Origin: Candidatus Jordarchaeales archaeon
GTDB lineage: Archaea > Asgardarchaeota > Jordiarchaeia > Jordiarchaeales > Freyrarchaeaceae
Direction: 5' to 3'
NCBI GenBank assembly: GCA_038889235.1
Contig: JAWAHN010000003.1
Span: forward strand, 263,703 to 295,702
Length of the DNA stretch: 32,000 bases
Shown: in pieces, positions 26,897 through 32,000 of the stretch
Layout of the letters: the number at the start of each line of letters is the position of its first letter
Position numbering within the stretch: position 1 is the first letter of the stretch
Made by a program: the position numbers and the translations under genes
The notes under the pieces: model-generated
Told to the model about the DNA's origin: nothing
Database searches by the model: none
The model's input: only the letters and a program-made list of their open reading frames with translations

Positions 26897-27882
26897 TGCC
26901 CAACACACCTCGCCGGGAACTGTACGCCGCCGAAAACTGCAACGTCCTTCGCGACGCCAGTGACCTCTCCGCCGCCGAACACAACAGCGTTGGACACCAC
27001 AGCCCTCTTACACTTGACACCGCCTGAGAGCGAGACGTTTGGCCCAAGCATAGAGCTCTCAACCTGGTTCTCTAATCCAACTAGGACGGGGCCTACTAGG
27101 AGCGAGCCTCGTATGTTCTTTTCCATGCTCCGCGAAACCTCACCCGGGGGAACATATATGCCTCCCTTAGCTAAGCCGGCGTTCAAGATGTACCTGTTCG
27201 CGTCTAGGACGTCTGGAAGCGTATCGACGTCAAACCACACTTTGCCGGGGAAGTCGACGAAGCCCAACGTGTTTCCCTCGTCGACGTAAAGCCTCAAAGC
27301 CGAAACAACGCTTCCTTCCCCCCTAGCCAGCGACCTCTTCAAGTATGTGAAGAACGAGGAGTCGAGGGCTACTACGCCTATGCACACCCTTCCACCAGCA
27401 CCTCCGCCTATCTGGATCACTTCTCCACACTTGTCGCCCTCAGCTAAGACGGCAGTTCCACCCCTGCTGCTCCTCCCGGTTGCAATGACTGGAGCTCCGA
27501 GCTTCCTCATACCCTTCACCGTGCCTATGACAACCTCGTGGTCTGTTATGAGGTCGGCTGGGCACAGTATGAAGCTCCCTGGAACATGCTCCTCGGCTGC
27601 GAGGAGCGAGTAGCCTGCACCCTTAAAGTAGTCCTTTGCTTGGACGCATTGGACGTCTAGCGTGCTCCATGTGGCTTCAACGTGCCGCCTAACTTCCTCC
27701 CCCTTGTAGCCCACGACGACAACAAGGCGGCTGACCCCTGCCTTCGAGAGAGAGTCAATCACCCAGTCGATGAGAGACTTACATGCTACTGGTATGAGTG
27801 GTTTAGGGCAGAGGTGGGAGAGGGGGGCCATGCGTTTTCCCATGCCGGCAGCCAGAACCACTGCATCCATCAACTTGACCAC
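26893..27882 (-). CDS. Sugar-phosphate/alcohol-phosphate nucleotidyltransferase (NTP_transferase) with C-terminal left-handed-beta-helix-like region
   Basis: AVVLAAGMGKRM.PL...PKPL.PV, VVGYKGE, G.GYSL and WFDVDT..D. The C-terminus is Gly/Val-rich and hexapeptide-like. Confidence 0.85.
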   Translation of the reverse strand: MVKLMDAVVLAAGMGKRMAPLSHLCPKPLIPVACKSLIDWVIDSLSKAGVSRLVVVVGYKGEEVRRHVEATWSTLDVQCVQAKDYFKGAGYSLLAAEEHVPGSFILCPADLITDHEVVIGTVKGMRKLGAPVIATGRSSRGGTAVLAEGDKCGEVIQIGGGAGGRVCIGVVALDSSFFTYLKRSLARGEGSVVSALRLYVDEGNTLGFVDFPGKVWFDVDTLPDVLDANRYILNAGLAKGGIYVPPGEVSRSMEKNIRGSLLVGPVLVGLENQVESSMLGPNVSLSGGVKCKRAVVSNAVVFGGGEVTGVAKDVAVFGGVQFPARCVGH

Positions 27883-27961
27883 ACACGGGGAACCTATCGA
27901 GAAACAAAGTTTAAAAACTTACTTCCCTTACAAGCTCTAGAGACCTCCTTGGTGAAGGACC

Positions 27962-28597
27962 TTGAGGGGTGTGAGGGTCATCAGGGTCACCCGGGAGAAC
28001 ATTGCTGACGTGGCGAGGGAGGCTGCTGAGGTAATACTTGGAGGGGGGGTTGTTGCTTACCCTACGGACACACTTTACGGCCTCGGAGTAAACCCGTTCG
28101 TCAGAGAGTGCGTTGATAAACTTTTGCAAGTAAAGCGGAGGCCCGTGGAAAAGGGCATCCCGCTGCTCGTCGGAAGCTTAGAGGACGCTGAAAGACTGGT
28201 TTATTTCACCCCGGAGGCGCGGATCCTAGCTAAAACGTTCTGGCCTGGCCCCTTAACCATCGTGCTCGTCCAGCGTGCATATTTGCCGGACGAGATTTCG
28301 GGGGGTAGGGGGATCGTTGGTGTAAGGTTACCCGACCACCCCCTTCCCCAGCAGATTGCCAAGATAACTGGTGGAGCTATAACGGGAACTAGCGCGAACA
28401 TTTCTGGGCGTGAGCCTGCGAGAACCGCGAGGGAAGTGGTTGAGCAGTTAGGGGACGGAGTGGACCTGGTGCTTGATGGCGGTGAGACCGGTGGAACTCC
28501 GTCCACAGTTATAGACTTGACGCAAAAACCGCCAGTCATAATTAGAGAGGGGGTCATTCCCAGGGAAAAGATATTCAGAGTTCTCGGCTTTACCTAG
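27962..28597 (+). CDS. tsaC: Threonylcarbamoyl-AMP synthase (Sua5/YrdC domain only)
   Basis: VAYPTDTLYGLG, KRRP..K, FWPGPLTIVL, GVRLP.HP, TSANISG and PSTVID. No C-terminal SUA5 domain. Confidence 0.92.
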   Translation: MRGVRVIRVTRENIADVAREAAEVILGGGVVAYPTDTLYGLGVNPFVRECVDKLLQVKRRPVEKGIPLLVGSLEDAERLVYFTPEARILAKTFWPGPLTIVLVQRAYLPDEISGGRGIVGVRLPDHPLPQQIAKITGGAITGTSANISGREPARTAREVVEQLGDGVDLVLDGGETGGTPSTVIDLTQKPPVIIREGVIPREKIFRVLGFT

Positions 28598-28612
28598 CTG
28601 GCCCCTTCGATG

Positions 28613-29173
28613 TTAGGATTCCAGTGTTAGGAGCGCGCCTCTTTCTATGCAGCATTTAACAAGTGCTTCGAACTCGTCTCTAGCTTGCACGGATTCCAGC
28701 TCAACGCTTTCTATGCCGAAAGCCTTCTTTATTCGCTCAGCCTTTTCGCCGTCAAGCTCGAGGACGCCGTCGTCTTCCAGTGCGCCGAGCGCTTCAATAA
28801 CGTAGCGGGCTGCCTCCTCAACCCTGCCCCCCTTCGCGCCGACAGCCACGAGGCCGAGCCTCTCGCACCCTTCCTTCACCCCGAACATTTCGAGGGCCAC
28901 ATTTATCTGCCTTTGCCCCGAAAGCCTGACCAGGATTTCCATTCCGAGACTTCGGGCTATGCGCCTTCCGGCATCACTAGCCTTGACCGCGTTCAGCGTG
29001 CTGAAAAAGACGTGTTCCCACGTAGCGACAAGCGACGCGTCGAAGATCTGCACGACAACCCCGAACTTCGCTTCGGCCTCCCGGGTGAGATGCAAGGCTT
29101 CTTCGATGCCGACAAGACCCCTTAAACCGCATATGCATGCGACGCGGTCACCGTTCAGCTCGACAACCTTCAC
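28613..29173 (-). CDS. cgi121: KEOPS complex subunit Cgi121
   Basis: QIFDA.LV...EH.......A, ARSL.MEILVRLSGQRQI..AL..FG.KEG, I.K.FGI...EL and terminal ER.ALL. Confidence 0.88.
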   Translation of the reverse strand: MKVVELNGDRVACICGLRGLVGIEEALHLTREAEAKFGVVVQIFDASLVATWEHVFFSTLNAVKASDAGRRIARSLGMEILVRLSGQRQINVALEMFGVKEGCERLGLVAVGAKGGRVEEAARYVIEALGALEDDGVLELDGEKAERIKKAFGIESVELESVQARDEFEALVKCCIERGALLTLES

Positions 29174-29783
29174 CCATAACCCCCCTAAACTTCTCCCTCC
29201 ACTTGAGGAGGGGGTCTAGGTATTTAAGCGGGATCGGTATGTTTGCCAGGAACTGTTTTATCTCATGTTCCTCCCGCCCCTCAGCTTTAAGCCTCCCATA
29301 AACGCTCTCTATGCTCTCGAAAAGTTCCCAGGGGTAGATCACCCACGCGTCAGTGACCTCGCCGTAGTAGTCGGGGGTAACTATGCTCCACGGCTTAAAG
29401 TGCAGAGTGGCAACTTTGAGGAGGCTTGCCCCCCTCTCCCTAATGTGGCCGATGACGGCGCGCAGGCTGTGCCCGCTGTCTGCGACGTCGTCGCACAGGA
29501 GCACGCGCTTCCCGGAGACGTCGACTGATAGCGGCTGCGTTATCACGGGCTCCCTCATATGCCTCCCGACGTCAGAGTAAAATTCGACCACGACGGATCC
29601 AACGCATCTAACCGAGAGAAGGTCCGACATGATCCGCGCTACAACCCAGCCTCCGCGCGCGATACCAACTATGACGTCAAACGATAAACCGTCACGTAGG
29701 ATCATGTCGGCCACTTTCATGGCGAGAAAGTAGATTTCATCCCACGTTGGAGCAATAAACTTTAACGATGACGACAAACGCAA
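29148..29783 (-). CDS. Type I phosphoribosyltransferase (archaeal hypoxanthine/guanine/xanthine PRT-like)
   Basis: TWDEIY, IVGIARGG, VLLCDDVADSG.SL (PRPP loop) and W.IYPWE. True start is TTG 29783 or 29777 next to GGGGGT; the tracked extension to 29936 overlaps the tRNA. Confidence 0.88.
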   Translation of the reverse strand: MRLSSSLKFIAPTWDEIYFLAMKVADMILRDGLSFDVIVGIARGGWVVARIMSDLLSVRCVGSVVVEFYSDVGRHMREPVITQPLSVDVSGKRVLLCDDVADSGHSLRAVIGHIRERGASLLKVATLHFKPWSIVTPDYYGEVTDAWVIYPWELFESIESVYGRLKAEGREEHEIKQFLANIPIPLKYLDPLLKWREKFRGVMGEGCRAER

Positions 29784-29836
29784 ACCCCCAATCCACGAAG
29801 AGACAACAAGCCATGAAGAATTCAGGGAAGGGAGTA

Positions 29837-29993
29837 TGGTGGGCGGGCCAGGAGTCACACGCGCACACACGTGCATGCGCGCTTTGAACCCGGGGCCTCC
29901 GGCTCCCGAAGCCGGTTGCATGCGGTGAACCTTCATCGTTCACCGAGTCATACCATGTTCCCCGCTTCATCCGAAGCTCTAGACTACCCGCCC
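29837..29993 (-). tRNA. tRNA-Pro(CGG) with three non-canonical introns (15/16, 25/26, 59/60) and encoded CCA
   Basis: Exons 29993-29979, 29957-29947, 29916-29883 and 29853-29837 join to the 77-nt GGGCGGGTAGTCTAGCATGGTATGACACCGGCTTCGGGAGCCGGAGGCCCCGGGTTCAAATCCTGGCCCGCCCACCA. It has a perfect 7-bp acceptor stem, a CCGGC/GCCGG anticodon stem with CGG at 29908-29906, and a TTCAAAT T-loop. Confidence 0.9.
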
Positions 29994-30009
29994 TTTTCCT
30001 AGAGATAGC

Positions 30010-30035
30010 AATTAAAAACGCTTAATTAAATTTTC
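30010..30035 (-). promoter_or_regulatory. Putative TATA/BRE region for the tRNA-Pro gene
   Basis: The minus strand reads GGAAAATTTAATTAAGCGTTTTTAAT 17-42 nt upstream of the mature 5' end. Confidence 0.4.
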
Positions 30036-30185
30036 CCTCTAAAATGGGAAGGATTAAGTGACTCCAGCTAGCTTTTGCAACCCGAACACGGCGGCATCCA
30101 GCTGGTGGGGACACCTTTAACTTCGGGCAAGCATTTAATAATTAAGTGCCCGCGGTTTCGACTAGTGTGAAACGGATACATCAGT

Positions 30186-30938
30186 CTACCTGACAAATAT
30201 ATCCTTCGTCTTCTTTTCCATGTCTCTAAGTATGCCCTTGTCAAGACTCTTTGGGTTATAGTACTTGGCCCTCGAGCAGTCGGGAAGCCAGTTTTCAGGT
30301 ACTCTGAAGGTTTTTGCCTCGCTTTGCTGGGTTCTGGGTGACTCAAGGTAACCGTGGCTCTCCGGGGCCACAGGGGCAACCTGGCGTCTCTCGCGTGGAG
30401 TGACGGGAATTCTATCGCTTCTCATGTTTTCCAGCACGCTTGAAATCTGTAGGCGGAGGCTAGATTGAGGGGGTAAGTGGGATTGTGACGAGGGAGTGAG
30501 TGTTTCAATTTCGCTCAACTTTCTCAGGAAAGCTGAAGGTTTAACAAACTGTTCTTCAACTATTCCACCCCCCCTCCCTCCCCCCGCTTCCCGAGCACTT
30601 TTGGGACGCTCCTCGAACTGGGGTACTCGCCTTAAGGTTGGAGCAGGTTCTACCGCCATCTCCCTGTAACCTTGCAGGGTGACGCCGCCTACTCTAGGCT
30701 CATCGGTGCAGGCTTTTCCGCTGGCCGCCTCACCCACATTTTCCTCGCCGGTGAGCTCAACCATTTGAGGCCAGAAGTCCATTCTATCAATCCTACTTTC
30801 AAGCTCGGAGACTTTCTGGTTGATGAAAGCTATCTCCTGTCTTAAAGTATCGATGGAAGACTCAACGAAGAACATGACTTTTTGTATGCCTTCCTCCAGG
30901 TTCTTTATAGAATTCATTATTTCATCTATTTTCTTCAA
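30186..30938 (-). CDS. Hypothetical protein: N-terminal coiled coil plus Pro/Ser/Arg-rich disordered region
   Basis: Heptad pattern over the first ~55 aa, then low complexity. GGAGGAGG RBS before TTG. Confidence 0.65.
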   Translation of the reverse strand: MKKIDEIMNSIKNLEEGIQKVMFFVESSIDTLRQEIAFINQKVSELESRIDRMDFWPQMVELTGEENVGEAASGKACTDEPRVGGVTLQGYREMAVEPAPTLRRVPQFEERPKSAREAGGGRGGGIVEEQFVKPSAFLRKLSEIETLTPSSQSHLPPQSSLRLQISSVLENMRSDRIPVTPRERRQVAPVAPESHGYLESPRTQQSEAKTFRVPENWLPDCSRAKYYNPKSLDKGILRDMEKKTKDIFVR

Positions 30939-31155
30939 TAATCCTCCTCCCCACCTTGTAGCTCAATTTATTTGGGGAAGGAGGGAGAATAATAATTTTT
31001 CGTCTAACCACTTTTACTGAGAAAAAGCATGCTTGGATGAGCGTGCACTGCTGCAGTTTTAAGGACTTTTAGTGCCCCCGGCAAACTATGCTTTCGCGTA
31101 CATGAGACTGGGAGCGGTGTCAGGGTTAGGGTTAAATATGTGTGAGGGTTTGTTT

Positions 31156-32000
31156 TCAGAATAGCTCGTACTTTTTCTCGATAAACCCTTTCCATATTGT
31201 TGGCATTTCGTCCATTACTTCGCTCGCTATGTTCTCGGCTGTTGTTTTAATGACGTTGAGCGGCGCGTCCGTGTACACTTCTATGTTTATTGCTTGAGGC
31301 TGATTTATCGGTTTGCCTATCCTGCTGACTATGTAGCATGAGGCTTGCTCGACCGACGGCTCCTCCTTTATGAGTTGTTCGACTATTTTCCGCGCGGCAA
31401 TGTTGTAGGTTTTTCCTACGTGGCTGACCGGGTTCTTACCCGCGGTCGCCTCGAGCGTCATAGGCCTGTACGGTGTTATTAGCCCGTTCGCCCTGTTACC
31501 TCTTCCAACCTGCCCGTCGTCACCGTGCTCAGCCGAGGTTCCAGTCACTGTTAAGTAGTAGACGTTGTTTTCAGGGTCGTCGGCCGTGTTTACGTGGACT
31601 ACAACTTCTTTATCGGTTATATCGGAAGCGAGCTTGTAAACTACCTCCTTCACTTCCTCCTTGACGCTCATATAGTGGTCTGGGTCAGGTATTAGACTGG
31701 ATATCATGGCGCACGCTATGGTTAAGTCTATCTTGTCTTTCACCCTGACCCCCATCACTTTGATGTCTTCTCCGACCTCGGGGAGCTTCTTCTTAACCTC
31801 GGGTGAGTTAAGCTTCTTCTCAGTCATATAAACAAGCTTTTCCGTCTCGGTCAGCGGGGCGAAAGCCACACCGAAGCTGGTGTCGTTCGCCCTTGGGACG
31901 TCCACGCCGAGCTCGAACGTCTCTACCAGGTCCACGCTCCCCGGCTTTATCCTGTAATCTACGATTATGTCCGTTGAGGGGTTTAGGAAGCGAAACTCCT
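31156..32000 (-). CDS. mat: Archaeal S-adenosylmethionine synthetase (5' end beyond the window)
   Basis: [67 protein letters not shown]. The frame is open to the window edge. Confidence 0.95.
   Translation of the reverse strand, partial: EFRFLNPSTDIIVDYRIKPGSVDLVETFELGVDVPRANDTSFGVAFAPLTETEKLVYMTEKKLNSPEVKKKLPEVGEDIKVMGVRVKDKIDLTIACAMISSLIPDPDHYMSVKEEVKEVVYKLASDITDKEVVVHVNTADDPENNVYYLTVTGTSAEHGDDGQVGRGNRANGLITPYRPMTLEATAGKNPVSHVGKTYNIAARKIVEQLIKEEPSVEQASCYIVSRIGKPINQPQAINIEVYTDAPLNVIKTTAENIASEVMDEMPTIWKGFIEKKYELF

Noticed and set aside
29784-29936. N-terminal extension of the 262-aa PRTase ORF, and the 77-aa ORF 29737-29970
   Set aside because: Both run through the tRNA-Pro gene. PRTase homology begins only at about 29770, next to an RBS-linked TTG.
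31156-32000. mat as a dedicated SAM supply for the methyltransferase block
   Set aside because: It is a housekeeping gene about 12 kb away with many unrelated genes in between.
1-32000. CRISPR array, DGR, integrase/transposase, rRNA or further tRNAs
   Set aside because: By eye I saw no regularly spaced repeats, no template/variable repeat pair, no RT, recombinase or transposase motifs, and no other cloverleaf in the intergenic regions. A computational scan would be needed to exclude highly interrupted tRNAs.

Overview
Gene-dense archaeal chromosomal window. The archaeal calls rest on an archaeal-type SAM synthetase, Cgi121, ComD/ComE, GGAGG/GGTG ribosome-binding sites, TATA-like boxes and a tRNA with BHB introns. 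A roadblock/LC7 plus V4R-like pair, a HEAT solenoid and a large Ig-repeat membrane glycoprotein suggest an Asgard-like lineage (inference). Housekeeping genes: ilvD, M29 aminopeptidase, ileS, nth, an MBL hydrolase, tsaC/sua5, cgi121, a purine-type PRTase and a partial mat. Four items stand out. (1) A tRNA-Pro(CGG) at 29837-29993 (-), absent from the ORF track, is interrupted by three non-canonical introns. (2) A co-oriented six-gene block (2 GT4, 3 class I SAM methyltransferases, 1 B12-binding radical SAM enzyme) looks like an uncharacterised glycosylation/methylation pathway. (3) An apparent operon links a nucleotidyltransferase and a CDP-alcohol phosphatidyltransferase to comD/comE-like decarboxylase subunits. 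(4) A ~1256-aa surface glycoprotein gene carries an in-frame TGA and a one-base frameshift near its 5' end. I found no CRISPR array, rRNA or recognisable transposase.
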